Of a stretch of DNA of 64,000 nucleotides, positions 39,001 to 53,000 are shown piece by piece; the first letter of the stretch is position 1; every line of letters begins with the position of its first letter. Both the position numbers and the translations under genes were made by a program. The stretch spans positions 19,530,001 to 19,594,000 of the forward strand of contig JBHGNT010000004.1 of NCBI GenBank assembly GCA_043228905.1. Reading direction: 5' to 3'. The DNA comes from Azolla caroliniana. Taxonomy: Eukaryota; Plantae; Polypodiophyta. A model generated the notes under the pieces. That model did not search any database, was not told the origin of the DNA, and was given only the letters and a program-made list of their open reading frames with translations.

Positions 39001-40141
39001 TCCATTTGGTTATATAGTTTTAATCACCTAACTTTGAGATAGATTTGAAGTTATGCTACAATTCCCAATATGGCTATTATTGACAATGTGGTTGTGACGC
39101 AAGCTATTTGATGTCACGTTTTCATTAGTTTTAATGTACGTTTTATTATAACGAATTTCTTATTGATGTACAGTTTATTATAAGGAATCATATTAGCTTG
39201 ACATGCAATCATTCGTGTTGCAGGGTTTGTGGGACTTGTGGGATTGGAACACATAATCCCATGATTTCAAGTCATATGTCATATCTGTTAGGCTAGAAAC
39301 GTTCCACTTAGGTTGCTATTCGCGACTTAGTTTGGATTGAATTTGGTATTATGCTATTTATCACCATTGGTCTGGTTGTTACACAATGAATTTGAGATGA
39401 AGTTATTGGTCATCTTAGTGGATTGTTTATTACAAGGAATGGTATCAGGGTTAGGTCTTCTTGGTGTGGTTCATGGCCGGTGGGAGTCAAACCCACAATC
39501 CGTTGATTAGAAGTTAAGTGCCTTATAGCGCTAGATTTGGTTACATTTTTAATCACCCTTACTTTGTAATAGACTTCATGTTACGCTATTATTCATAGTA
39601 TGGGATTTTCGCAATGGTTTTAATGTCAAGTTATTGTTTATGCTACGGTACAGGTTATGATCACGAATGGGATCAGGGCGTGTTGTCCTTCATGTTGTAG
39701 GCTCTAGGGGACCCGTACCACCTTGACTGCCTTATCCAGTACGCGAAAAGGGCTCCATTTAGTTTGGCTACTAATAGCCACTTACTTTCCATTGAATTTG
39801 GCGTTACCCGTTTATTCAATGTCCGTACATCGTTAATACGCAATGTATTTAAGATTATGTTATTGTTCCTAATGATTTACGGATTATGACGCGGAATCGG
39901 AACAATGTTTTCTCTCATTCGTGTCGTACTCCTAGTGGAACGCGAATCCAAAACGTCTTCATTATAAGGATCGTGGGTTATACTACATATCTAATTGTGC
40001 TATTTTGTATTGAATTTAGTGTTACGCTATTTGGTGTAAACAGGGTTCTTACAGAATGGATTTGAGATCACATGATTGTTTGTCTTTGTGTACGGGTTTT
40101 TATAAGCAATGGGATCACGTTTTCCGATCCTTGGTGTTATG

Positions 40142-40214
40142 CACACCTGGTGGGACTCGAACCCACAATTCCTTGATTAGAAGTCAGGTGCTTTATCCAT
40201 TGGGCCACAAGCGC
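40142..40214 (-). tRNA. trnR: tRNA-Arg(UCU), near-intact
   Basis: TCT anticodon, A and B boxes present, a few stem mismatches. Confidence 0.7.
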
Positions 40215-41491
40215 ACGATTTGGTTATAGTTTTAATCACCTAAGTTTGAGATAGATTTGAAGTTATGCTACTAGTCCCAATATGGCTATTTTTGACAATA
40301 CGGTTGTGACGCAAGCTATTTGATGTCACGTTTTGCTTCGTCTTAGTGTACAGTTTGTTATAATGAAGTTCTTGTTGGTGCAATCCTCCGTGTTGTAGGC
40401 TTTGTGGGACTTGTAGGATTGGAACCCATAATCCCTTGATTTCAAGTCAAGTACCTTATCGGTTAGGCGAGAAGCACTCCTCTCAGTTTGGTTGCTATTC
40501 ACCACTTACTTTGGATTGAATTCGGTATTACGCTATTTATCACCATTGGTCTAGTTGTTACACAATGGATTTCAGATGAAGTTATTGTTCGTCTTAGTGT
40601 GTGGGTTATTACAAGTAATGGTATCAGGCTTTGGTCTCCTTGGTGTGGTCCATGGCCGATGGGACACGAACCCACAATCCGTTGATTAGAAGTGAAGTGC
40701 CTTATTGCGCTAGAATTGATTATGTAGTTAAGCATCGTTAATTTGTTATAGAGTTCGTGTTACGCGATAATTCACAGTGCGGGATTTTCGCAATCAATTT
40801 AATGTCAAGTTATTGTTTATCCTACTGTATAGGTTATGATGACGAATAGGATCATGACATGTTGTCCTTCGTGTTGTAGGCTTTAGGGGACCCGAACCAC
40901 CAAGCCTTTGAAAAAAAGTTGAGTGTCTTATCCATTACGTGAGGAGCGCTCCATTTAGTTTGGCTACTAATAACCACTTACTTTTGATTGAATTTGGCGT
41001 TGCCAGATTATTCAATATCGGTACATGGTTAATACACAATGGATTTAAGATTATGTTATTGTTTGTATTGATGTACGGATTACGACACGGAATCGGAAGA
41101 GTGTTTTTCCTCATTCGTGTTGCACTCCTAGTGGAACTCGAATGCAAAACCTCTTCGTTATAAGGAACGTGGATTATCCATTTCGACACAACTATTGGTC
41201 ATACTATATATTTAACACGGAAACAGAAGAGTGTTTTCTCTCATTTGTGCATTCCTAGTGCAACTCGAATCCAAAACCTCTTCGTTATAAGGAACGTGCA
41301 TTATCCATTTCAACACAACTATTGGTTATACTATATATTTAATCGTGCTATTTTGTATTGAATTTGGTGTTACGCTATTATTCGACGTAAATAGGGTTCT
41401 TACGGAATGGATTTGAGAGCACATTAAGGTTTGGCTTTGTGTACGAGTTCTTACAAGCAATGGATCACGTTTTTTTGTCCTTGGTGTTATG

Positions 41492-41564
41492 TATGCATGG
41501 TGGGACTCGAACCCACAATCCATTGATTAGAAGTCAAGTGCCTTATCCATTAAGCCACAAGCGC
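41492..41564 (-). pseudogene. trnR: tRNA-Arg(UCU), mutated copy
   Basis: Acceptor 3' strand and D stem altered. Confidence 0.7.
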
Positions 41565-42374
41565 TCGATTTGGTTATAGTTTTAATGATCTAACTTTGAG
41601 ATAGATTTGAAGTTATGCTCCTATCCCTAATATGGCTATTATTGACAATACGGTTGCAATGCAAGGTATGTGATGTCACGTTTTCATTCGCCTTATTGTA
41701 CGGTTTATTATAATGATGTTCTTGTTCGTGTACGGTTTATTATAAGGAATTGGAATACAACGTGCAATCCTTGTCGAATACGAGTGTATAATGGCCGCAT
41801 TCACACTATCCCTTTGGACAGCCCAAGTTCAGGCTATTTCTATAAATAGCATAAAGGGCAGTTGCCCTAGGATAGTCACTATATAAAGTGACTTTGTAAC
41901 CTTTAGTGAAGGTTGGTTGTCATTTGTAACTGTTGCTATTGGAATATAACGTTTCCTTTGTGCCTCTCTCTCTCTCTCTCTCTCTCTCCCTCTATGTCTA
42001 TCTTTCTCATGCATACACAGGTTCTTCCTCATCACGAATGTTGCTTGCACTTCCGCATTGACGGCCTTGTCCCCAACATTTGGTATCAGAGCGTTGGAGG
42101 TTCTTCAACCCGCTATCGGCTGTCATCATACAACACAACATTCTGTTTTCGTTTTCTTTGAAGAATAGAGAAGGGAGAAGACAAACAAAAAGCTCGCATC
42201 TCACTATGTTAAATCACAAACTAGAGTAAGTCAACCGGTTCTACTCTGTTCCTGTGATTGTGACCACTTGAGGGGAGCTCTTTGTGCAACACCCGACCGA
42301 ATCGTGCTTCATTTGGTTAAACGGCACTCGAATAGGTCACCGGACGCTATTCACCCGCTTGTTGTAACCACCTG

Positions 42375-42815
42375 TGTCATGAACACATGACCATTATGGC
42401 GTCACCCGGACTTGAACCTCGAACCTTGTAATTCATACTTGAAAACCTCAACCATTAAGATAGCTTATTGTTATATGAAACAATAAAAGCTACTTCTTGT
42501 ATTACATTGATTATTGTAAAAACTCTAGATTATTCTAGAATGTTCTAGAATGTCCTAGACCTAGACCTAGAATGTTCAAGAATGTCCTAGAGCATTCTAG
42601 GTCTAGAACATTCTAGAACATTCTAGAAATCTCTAAACAATTCTATAGGAACCTATAAATAAGCGCATACATGTATTCTCAAATCAATTCGAATCAACAC
42701 CAGTCTTTAGCTCTCATTACATATCTTGTATCCATTCTCTTTCTTTCTCTATCTTATACATCCATTCTTCTCTATCCTTCTTCCATCACTCTATCTTTTA
42801 TCCTTGGTTCTGACA
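42375..42815 (+). mobile_element. Probable solo LTR in the Copia 5' leader
   Basis: TGTCA...TGACA termini, flanks ACCTG/ACCTA (5-bp TSD, one mismatch), internal TATA box. Confidence 0.7.
42533..42661 (+). promoter_or_regulatory. Clustered heat-shock elements (nGAAn/nTTCn arrays) followed by a TATA box
   Basis: TTCtaGAAtgTTCtaGAA (42533-42550), GAAtgTTCaaGAA (42570-42582), GAAcaTTCtaGAAcaTTCtaGAA (42606-42628), TATAAATA (42654-42661). Confidence 0.75.
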
Positions 42816-43200
42816 ACCTACTCCAGATTGGTCTCCTGGCAACAACCACTTCGTGCTTCACTCGGCTGATCGACATTCTGGAGGATCAGTTGGATCCATC
42901 CCTCTCATCGATGCAGTCATCCGAAGCAGAATCGACCCAAACAATCGGTTTCGTGTAATCGGTATTCAACATACAATCGAAAGCTAACCAGGCTCACTTC
43001 GACTCGGCAACATTCGGGAAGACCAACCAGTTCTGTCCCTCAAGATTACCAGAGTCACTCTAAGCAAGTTCACCAACAAGTATCTGAAACCAAACCGACT
43101 AGGATTTAAAACCGACTAGAACGGGTGAGCCGACCGGCTGCACCCCACTAAGCCTCGTAGTCAACTCCGAACCGAGTCTTCCCAACTGAAACCGAATAAG

Positions 43201-46200
43201 ATGGCATCAACATCCGGCTCATCGGAAATGAGTCTAAGGAGGTTTGACGGTTCGAACTTCAACTTCTGGAAGGAACAAATGCAGGACTATCTCATAGTCA
43301 AGGGTCAAATAGACCCGATTGAGAATGAAAATCCTCCAGAAGAATACAAGGCAAACGAGTGGCTAAAGCTGGAGAAAATCGTCCGCGCCACGATTCAGAT
43401 GAACTTATCGGAGTTAGTGTACTTCACAGTGCAATCGTGCACGACAACGTTTGAACTTTGGAAAACACTGTCGGAAACTTATGAAAAGAAGGTTGCCGCA
43501 ACAAAGATGTATCTGATCCGGCGCCCCTACAACTTGCGAATGAAAGAATCTGATTCGGTTTAGGCACACTTCAACGAGTATGAAAGCATAAGCTCCCAAA
43601 TCTCGTCTCAGGGGACGGCAATCGAGGATGAACTTAGAGCAATGATACTCATGAGTAGTCTACCCTCTTCATGGGAAACTTTCGTTACAACCGTGTGCAA
43701 TGCTTCAACAGCTGCCGTTAAGTACTCCGAAGTCACGAGTGCAATCCTGACTAAAGCAGCTCGGAGAAAGTCTTTCGCCAAAGACTCGGCAGATGAAGCT
43801 TACATAGTACAAGGTTCGACCGACTGATCGAACAACCGGGGAAGAAGTTCTTCCCGACTACCAAACAATCAGCGAAGCGGGAGCAAGTCCCAAGACAACC
43901 AAATCTGCAACTACTGCAAGAAACCGGGACACATCAAAGCCAACTGTCAGGCACTCAAAGCAAAAACTGACAAAGCTCAGAGAGTGGATCAGAAGAGTAG
44001 CCGACATGAGGAGGTCAACTACGTCCGCTCTTCAGCCGAAATTTTGACGACCGACCTGAACATACTGTCCATAGAGAACCCAGTCGAATCAGAAGTTCTG
44101 CTTACGACTGAGGAATTGAGCACATGGCTCCTGGACTCAGGCACATCGTATCATGTGACACCTAACCGATCTAAGTTTCAGCAATACTTGGACCGGCACA
44201 TCGACTCAATTCAAGTCGGAAACTCGCAGCACTGTGCTATAATCGGAATCGGCACCATAGAGCTCAATCTTTTGGGAGGCTCTACACTCGTACTACACAA
44301 CGTCCGACACGTTCCTGAACTCTCAAGACCCTGATCTCAGTCGAACAACTTGACGAAGCCGGCATCCGTGCCGGATTCTCATCAGGAGGGTGGACACTCC
44401 ACAAAGGGAACCTCCTATTTGCTCGAGGACCAAAGGTACATTCCTTGTATCCTTTATATGTCACACTCAAAGAGGGTGACTTATTTTTGGTAGATATCCT
44501 CGTGTCATCGTTATGGCATGGACGACTTGGACACCTCAGCAAGGCCGGCATAACGCACCTATCCAGAGCCGATTACATCCCCAAACTCTGCTTCTCGAAT
44601 CACCAATTCTACGACCATTGCCAGTACGGAAAACAGGTAGACACGTCACACCCGACATCAGCACCAAGAGAATCGAGCACCCTCGATTTGGTCCACTTGG
44701 ACGTCTGTGGCCCGATGCCACATCAGTCTCTCGACGGTGCTTCATACTTCGTCAGTTTTATTGACGACTCGAATCGGAAGGTGTGGGCTTACCCCATTAG
44801 AACCAACGATTGGGTGTTCTGGATCTTCTTTGAATGTCTTGCAATTGTCGAAAATCAGACCGGTCGGAAACTGAAATGTCTCCGAACCAACAATGGAGGA
44901 GAACTCAAGTCTGAAGAATTCATCAAATTCTGTCAGGAACGCAGCATTCAACGTGAATATACGACACCTTATAGTCCGGAGCAGAACGGAATTGCTGAAC
45001 TCATGAATCGGACGATTCAAGAACGCGTAGTATCCATGCTCCAACACTCCGAACTGTCGGATGGCTTCTGGGCGGAGGCTCTACTTACGATTGGACACAT
45101 AATCAATATGTCACCAAGTAGATCTCTAGGACTTAAAATACCTCAAGAAATATGGATCGGCAGTAAGCTGAGTTATGACAAGTTGAGGATCTTCGGTTGC
45201 GAGGTATATGCCCTTATACCAAAAGAAGACCGCCGGAAACTCGAACCAAGGTCAAGGAAATGTGTTTTCCTTGGATATGGACCCGACGGCGAGATCGGAT
45301 ACCGACTCTGGGACCCTGAGCACAGACTAATCGTCCAAAGTTCGGATGTCGTGTTCAACGAGTCGGCTATGCATAAAACGGCCAAAAGGCCTATTGAAGT
45401 CCGAAGGGTAATATTTTCCGAAGTGCCAACCCTTGATGATGGCCCAGCCCACAACGCGAAATCAGTTTCACGGGTAACCGATCACTCTTGCACCGAATCC
45501 ACCGATTCGGCATAGCCGAATGGCTCGGCTCCTGACCATTTGACATTGACACCCGGTGCGACTAGTCCAGTGATACCTCGTAGATCTGAGAGACTACGCA
45601 ACTTCCGGAGAGGTATTCTCCAGGAATCTTCTTCACCGACACTGGTGAACTGACATCTTACGAAGAAGCATCGGCAACCACCGACTCAGCCACTTGGCAT
45701 CTGGCGATGGAGTCGGAAATGTACTCTATTCGGGCAAACAAGACTTGAGACTTGGTAGAATTACCGAAGAATCGATGTGCTCTTCCATGTAAGTGGGTCT
45801 ATCGACTAATAGAGACGTCCGACTCGACCAACCCAAAGTACAAGGCCAAATTAGTTGTGAAGGGATTTAGACAAGAATATGGCGTCGACTTCGATGAAAT
45901 CTTTTCACTAGTGGTGATAATGACGACCCTCCGTTTCATGCTCGGCGTCGTGGCCACCGACAACTTGGAGCTGATTCAGCTAGATGTAAAAATGGAGCAG
46001 CCGAAAGGCTTTGTGGCATCCGGCCAGGAACATCTAGTCTGATGACTCAAGAATAGTCTCTACGGCCTGAAACAAGCACCATAACAGTGGTACAAGAAGT
46101 TCAATGACTTCATCCAATCGGTCTGCTTCTCCAAAAGCGATGAGGACCACTGTCTCTTCACCAAAACAGCTCAAGACGGGTCTCCTGTCTTCCTCATCAT

Positions 46201-48073
46201 CTACGTGGACGACATGCTACTCTCCGGTCGGCATCCAGGAGAGCTCACCAAACTCGTTTGGCAACTGTGATTGAAGTTTTCCATCAAGGACCTTGGTCCA
46301 GCAAGACACATACATGGTATGAAGATTAGTCGGTATCCCGATACACGACAACTTTTCTTGTCTCAAACTGACTACATCGAACGTGTCTTAGAACGCTTCA
46401 ACATGCAATCGGCCAAGTCTGCTTCGACCCCGCGCCCCATTAACCTTCGGCTGTCTCAATGAGACTGTCTGACATCCGGTCCGGAGGGGGAAGATATGAA
46501 GTCAGTATCGTATGCACCGGCAGTCGGCTCCCTCATGTACGTTGTCGTGCCTTTCGGCTCCGGATTGTTGCGTGAGTCAGGTGGGAACCACTGGGGTTTT
46601 GGACTAGGAGGAAGGAAAATTCTAAGGCAATTAAGAATGTGAAATATATTATGAGAAAGAAAGATATGAAAAACTCGTGAATCCCACGAGTATAGTGTAT
46701 TAGTGAGTACTCAAATTAAGAGAGAATAATAGTTAGCAAATTCGTGGATCCCACGATTATATTATATTAATCAACCCTTGTAAAATAATCAACAACCTCT
46801 ATACATCTTTCTCTCTTCCTTATATAGTGTTGGAAGAGTCTAAGTTCATCACATGCAAGCTTTTTCTATCTTTAGTTTTCATGCACGCTGCATGTGCATG
46901 ATTAGCTTTCTATCTCATCTTCTCTTTTAACTCGAGTGTCTATGCATGAATAACTTTTGTACCATGCATGTCTAGAAATTTTACATGGGATAAAGTTTAG
47001 TATAACTTTAAAATTCATAATACCCTACTATAATGATAAGGCTTAACATTATTAACATGGAGGTGCAAGGTTCGAATCTTGCCCTATGCATGTAATATAT
47101 ATTTTTATACTTTCTTCTATTTACAAATATGTCTCTTCATCCGGTGAGAGACTCTCACCGGCCTTCTTCCTTCGGCTCTTTCCGGTTCTGCTTCATCCGG
47201 TGCTTGATAGTTTTCTTTGTCTGGTTCTTACCGGGACCTCCTTACCGATCTCTTCGTCCGTTTCTCACCGACCGTCACGGCCTTCTTCATCCGGCTCTTG
47301 CCGGGTCTCCGTACCGGTTTCGGTCCTTACCGGTTCCTTCTTCCGATTCTCACTGGGTACTCCATGTCCTATCCGGAGAGACCAAAAATGTAATTTTTCA
47401 CGTAGTGTACGAATTACACTACGACAACGTGATGGTCGCGACACGGCCTGATATTTCTCACGCCATAGGAGTCATCAGCAGATTCATGCATAACCTCGGC
47501 CGATCGCACTGGAACGCAGTCAAGCATGTGTTCAGATATCTAGCTGGCACAAAAGACCATGGCATTCTTTTCGGCCCGAACTCAACCTCAGGAGTAGTCG
47601 GTTACACTGACTCGGACTTCGCCAACTATGTGGACAGTCGGAAATCAACAACCGGATACTGTTTCAAATTCGGCAATGGAGCAATCTCGTGGAAGTCAAA
47701 ACTTCAGGAGTGCACAGCCACCTCAACGACGGAAGCGGAATATGTAGTTGCGTCCGACGCGGCAAAAGAAGCTTTATGGCTCGGTCGGCTGGCGCACACG
47801 TTTCGACAGGTCGACTCTGACTCGGCTCCAGTTGTCTACAACGACAATCAAGGTGTTATTGCTTTGTCAAAAAATCCGGTTCACCACAACTCCTCTAAGC
47901 ATATCGACATTCGATACCACTTCGTTCGGGACTGTGTCATTTTAGGGAAAATCGGTCTCGAGAAGATATCCACAACCGATAATGTCGCAGATGGAATGAA
48001 CAAGTTTCTTTCGCCGGATCGTTTCCAGTCCCTTCAACACCAGATGGGCGTAACGAAAAATCAGCCCAATTAA
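43201..48073 (+). pseudogene. gag-pol: Copia gag-pol pseudogene
   Basis: gag (FDGSNFNFWK), protease (WLLDSG), integrase 44445-45515, RT (IIYVDDML) and RNase H (YTDSD...) ending at 48073. Confidence 0.92.
46543..47426 (-). mobile_element. Solo LTR related to the 22280-29572 Gypsy LTR
   Basis: Reverse complement starts TGTCGTAGTGTA and ends GGAGCCGAAAGGCACGACA. Perfect 4-bp TSD ACGT. The Copia LMYVMVATRPD motif rejoins across it. Confidence 0.92.
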
Positions 48074-50046
48074 AGTCAGACACACAACACTGGATGATTT
48101 TGGACCACCGACATCGGTTCTCTAAGGATCGGCTTCAGCTCTTCCGACCCGACCGGTTCGGTCCTCTGTCTTCGGATCTCGCCAACTCTGACAAAACCGA
48201 TCTGTCTAATAAACCTTGTATGTATACCTGTAATTCTTTAGATAACCCGTGTATACGCCCATTACGGCGGAGTGTCAAATACGAGTGTATAATGGCCATA
48301 TTCACACTGTCCCTTTGGACAGCCCAAGTTTGGGCTATTTCTATAAATAGCATAAAGGGCAGTTGCCCTAGGATAGTCACTATATAAAGTGACTTTGTAA
48401 CCTTTAGTGAAGGTTGGTTGTCATTTGTAACTGTTGCTATTTGAATATAATGTTTCCTCTGTGCCTCTCTCTCCCTCTCTCCCTTTGTGTCCATCTTGCT
48501 CATGCATACACAGGTTCTTCTTCATCACGAATGTTGCTTGCACTTCCGCAATGACGGCCTTGTCCCCAATAATCCTCTGTGTTGAAGGCTTTGTAGGACG
48601 TGTGGGATTGGAACCCATAATCCCTTGATTTCAAGTCACGTGCCTTCTCTGTTAGGCGAGAAGTGCTCCACTTAGTTAGGTTGCTATTCACCACTTACTT
48701 TGGATTGAATTTGGTATTACGCTATTTATCACTGTTGGTCTAGTTTTTACACAATGGACTTGAGATGAAGTTATTGTTCATCTTAGTGTATGGGTTATTA
48801 CAAGGAATGGTATCTGGCTTTGGTCTCCTTGGTGTGGTCCATGGTCGATGGGACAGGAACCCACAAACCGTTGATTAGAAGTCAAGTGTCTTATAGCACT
48901 AGATTTGGTTACATTGTTAATCACCCTTACTTTTGATTCAATTTGGCGTTACCCTATTATTCAATGTTGGTGTGGTTAATAAACAATGGATTTAAGATTA
49001 TGTTATTGTTCGTATTGGTGTATGGGTTACTACGCGGAATGAGAGTAGTGTTTTGTGTCATTCATGTTGCACGCCTAGTGGAACTCGAATCCAAAACCTC
49101 TTCCTTATAAGGAAGGTGCATTATCGAGTTGGACATAAGTAATGGTTATATTGTATATTTAATCTTGCTATTTTGTATTGGATTTGGTGTTACGTTGTCG
49201 AGATATTATGCAAGTGCGTGTGGAATCGAGGCGGGACCGCGGGGGTCTCGGACCAAAGAGCAAGCGAGGGAGGAGAAAGAGAGAGAACCGGCTACGCAGG
49301 ACCGGGGATACACAGGGACACGGCCCTTCAGCACGGAGAACGCGGACAGAGACCGACACAGACAGATGTGAATGACTTAATATGTATATTAAGAAAATGG
49401 CTAATCACGACTACAACCCTCGACGGGGCACAGGTTGGTTACAACCGAACAGGCCGGCGAACAGGTGCCGATGCCTGTTCACTTCGACGCACAAGGGGGC
49501 TGCCGGAAGCACTCGGGCGTTCCTCGAAACAGCGCGAGCCTCCTCGGAACCCTGCACAGAAAGCTATGGAGCTCAAGAAGGAAGGAAACAGAGAGAGAGA
49601 AGCGTCCAGAAACGGTCCGACAGCACTTCGTCCTCTCCCCGTCCCCGATCCCCTGCAACAGCTCTTTCCTGCTCTTATATAGCCCGACGAGCAGGCCGTC
49701 CTGTCATCTTTATTCCCTGTCCCTTTCGAACAGGGATCCGCTCCGTTCTTCGCGCATCGGCGTAGTTACGCCGCCGACTCGTGCCGTCCCTTAGCTCGCG
49801 CGCGCGACCGAAAAGACTGTTCGCGCGGTCTTTGTCTCCACCTATGTTAGGGCCCGTTCCTGCCGATTATCCCCCTAACTCGCTTCTTCGTACTACTTGG
49901 AGCTTGCGCGCGTGAAGAACCGGTTCCCACGCCTAGGTGCGCCGATTCCGCCTATGGACGGTTTTCTTCACGACATCCGCCCCCACCTAACCGCGCATCC
50001 TCCGGTATGCGCCAAGAGAGTTGGGACTGAGAAAACCGGCCCGTCT

Positions 50047-53000
50047 TCATTCCTCGCCCGTCGGTTCATCCTCGTTTTCGGATCGTTCGTCACTGCCGAC
50101 CAGGAGAGCCGGGTCCGGCTCGTCGTCTTGTCGCTTCTTGAACGCTTTGATCCGCTTCCCTGCAACCGGTATCGTCATTCTCGTGCCGTCGAGTTCCGCC
50201 AGGTGGTATGTCCCGTTGTCATTGGCGCTCTGTACCACGTAAGGCCCGAACCACCTTCGTGCGAACTTCCGTGTAGCTCGGTGCTGGTTGTCGAGGCTGC
50301 TATCGTAGACGAGCACCCAGTCACCTTCTTCAATTTTCTTCGGTCGGAGCCGGTGCGTTCGGTCGAACCTGGCTTTGTTCTTTTTCCTCGCTACTCGGAG
50401 CTTCTCCGTAGCCAGTTCCACGTCCTCCGGTCTCCGCTCGAGCTGTCGTATGCGCGCGGCCAACAACTCCTCCCGGCTCATCTCGTCCCTCCAGTCGACC
50501 GTTGCCCACGAGGAGATCGTCCGTTCCGTCGGCATGATCGGCTTCTGGCCGAACATGAGCTCTGTCGGCATGTACCCGGTTACCGAACTGTGCGTGGTCC
50601 GGTCTGCCCACAAAGCATAAGGTAGCAGCCGCGGCCAGTCACCGACTCGGCCTCCGCATGCCCGAACCAACGCCTTGACGATCGGTCCGTGTCCTCGCTC
50701 CACCTTTCCATTCGCCTCCGGATTGTACGCAGTGGTGAGCGAGAGCTCGACTCCCAGCCGGTCGAACAGCTCCGCGGCTTCTTCGGCGTCCAACTCCCCT
50801 CGGTCAGCCACGATCTTCCCGACGCACCCGTACCGGCATATCACGTCCTCGATTAGGAACCGGCATACGGCCGCGGTCGTTTTGTTCGGAAGGGCCCGGC
50901 CTTCCACCTGGTTCGTCAGATCCTCCCGCGCTAGGACCAGGTACCGCATCTGTCCTACTCCCATTGGCATCGTTACTAGATCTACCATCCATTTGAAATG
51001 GATGGCCGGAGGGTACGTAGGGTGAAGCTCGTCTCGATGTCGGACTACGGAGTGCATCTGGCAGCTCTCGCAAGTTGTCACGAACCGATGCACGTCCTGG
51101 TACTGCCCCGGCCACCAATACTTCCCCTTTAGTTTCTCAAACGTAGCCCATGTTCCACGGTGTCCAGCCCAAGGGCTGTCGTGGTAGGCCGTCAGCAGCT
51201 CCTCCTGTTCTTCCTTCATCGCCACCACCCGGAGCGGAACGCCGTCCTTCTTCTTCGGGTGTTTCCATAGATAGCCATCCCGGAGAAAGAACCGGTACGC
51301 TTTCTTCCGGATCCGGTTGGCCTCGTCCTTCGTCCATGACGCATCGGGCGTCATTGTCTTCAGAAACCCACCGATCTGCAGCCACTCCCCTTCGTACTTG
51401 CTCGCGTCGAAGTCGTTAAGCGCCGGAGTGCTTGTTCCGTCGGTTGTTACATACGCAGTCTCGAAGAAGTCCACGCCGACGTCTTCGTCCTCCGAAACCA
51501 TGCCGCCCTCGTCATCGAATCTTGCCCTTGAAAGCATGTCGGCCATGGCGTTGTCTTTCCCGGAAATGTGTCGTATTTCCGGGTCCAGGGACTTGATGTA
51601 CGCTATCCACCTGAGCATTGCCAGGTCCGGCGTCGCGCATCCGGAAATCATGCCGAGAATCGGCATGCAATCCGTCTCTATAATTACCTCTGTCCCGATC
51701 AGATAGTCCTTGTCGGCCTTCACCGCCGAAACGATACCCCAGAGCTCGCGTTTAACCTGGGCGTATCCTCGCTGCCGTTCGCTGAGGACCTTCGCACCGA
51801 ATCGGACCGGAAACCGATTGCCGTCCTCATCTTCTTGGTTGACGACCCACCCGATTCCGGTCGGACTCGTGTCAACCGTTATGTACACTGGGGTGCCCTT
51901 CCTGTAGACGGCCTTTCGGAGCGCCGGTGCTGCCGAAAGAGCCTCCTTCAGCTTCCGGACCGACTCCGTGTGCTTGTCTAGCCATTCGAATCTTCGCCCT
52001 TTCTTCAATAACCCGTACAGCGGCTCCGCGACGTGCGCGTAATGCGGGATCCATATGTGGTAGAATGCGCATGCCCCCAGGAATCTTCGTACTTCCGTGA
52101 CCGAGCTGCAGTCGGGCTTCATCGCGGAGATGGCTTCTACCTTTGCCGGAGACGGTTTCCGGCCATACGACCCACATAAGTGTCCGACCACCATGATTTC
52201 CGACTGTCCGAAGGCTGATTTCTCCCCCGAGAAGGTTAGCCTCGCATCCTCTAGCCTTTGCAGCACCTTCTCGCAGTCGTCGATGTGCGTTACCACGAAT
52301 CGCCGGCATCCGTCCGGCCCGGTCGTCTCGTCCCTCTCTTCTACCGGGCATCCCTTGATCGGGATGTCGTCTAGAAACGGCATGGTGATGTCCGGGATGC
52401 AGTCCCTCAGCACCTTGTTCATTGCATTCACCATGTGGGCCACCGAGTTGGTCCCTCCTTGCGGCAGCGTACACATCCGCACTAGGCCGAGGGGAGTTCG
52501 CATCGTCGTAATGTCTCTGCTCTCCACGGCTAGCTGGAACTGGTCGTACCCTGAATATAGATCACCGACCGAGTAAATCGACCTTCCGGCGAAGGCCTCC
52601 GCGAACTCATCTATGGTCGGTCCGATCCCTGCGTTCCGAATGGTCACCCTATTGACCGGTTGCAGGTCCTGAATGAAGCGCAACGATCCGTTTTTCTTTG
52701 GTACTGTAAACCACCGGTTCGAGTACGGGGCGCTCGACGGCTCGAGAATGCCCATATCAACTTTCTGCTTCAACAGCTCCATCAACTTCGGGATGTGAGC
52801 TCTCGGAACCGGAATTGGCTTGAGATTCCACGGTACATGCGGTACCGTGAATATCACCATCGGCTCTACGGTCGTCGGGTCTACGCACCCGATTTCCTCC
52901 GGTGAGAATGCGAAGGCTTTCCCGTGCCTTCCGAGCATTCTCCGGAACCGGTCTTCCTCCGCCGGCAGTAGGAACCCGCCCCCACCGATCTTCAGCTCAC

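Larger units (their letters stand above)
41772..48571 (+). mobile_element. Full-length decayed Ty1/Copia element with two nested solo LTRs
   Basis: LTRs 41772-42078 and 48273-48571, TSD ATCCT, iMet PBS 42081-42092. Confidence 0.94.
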
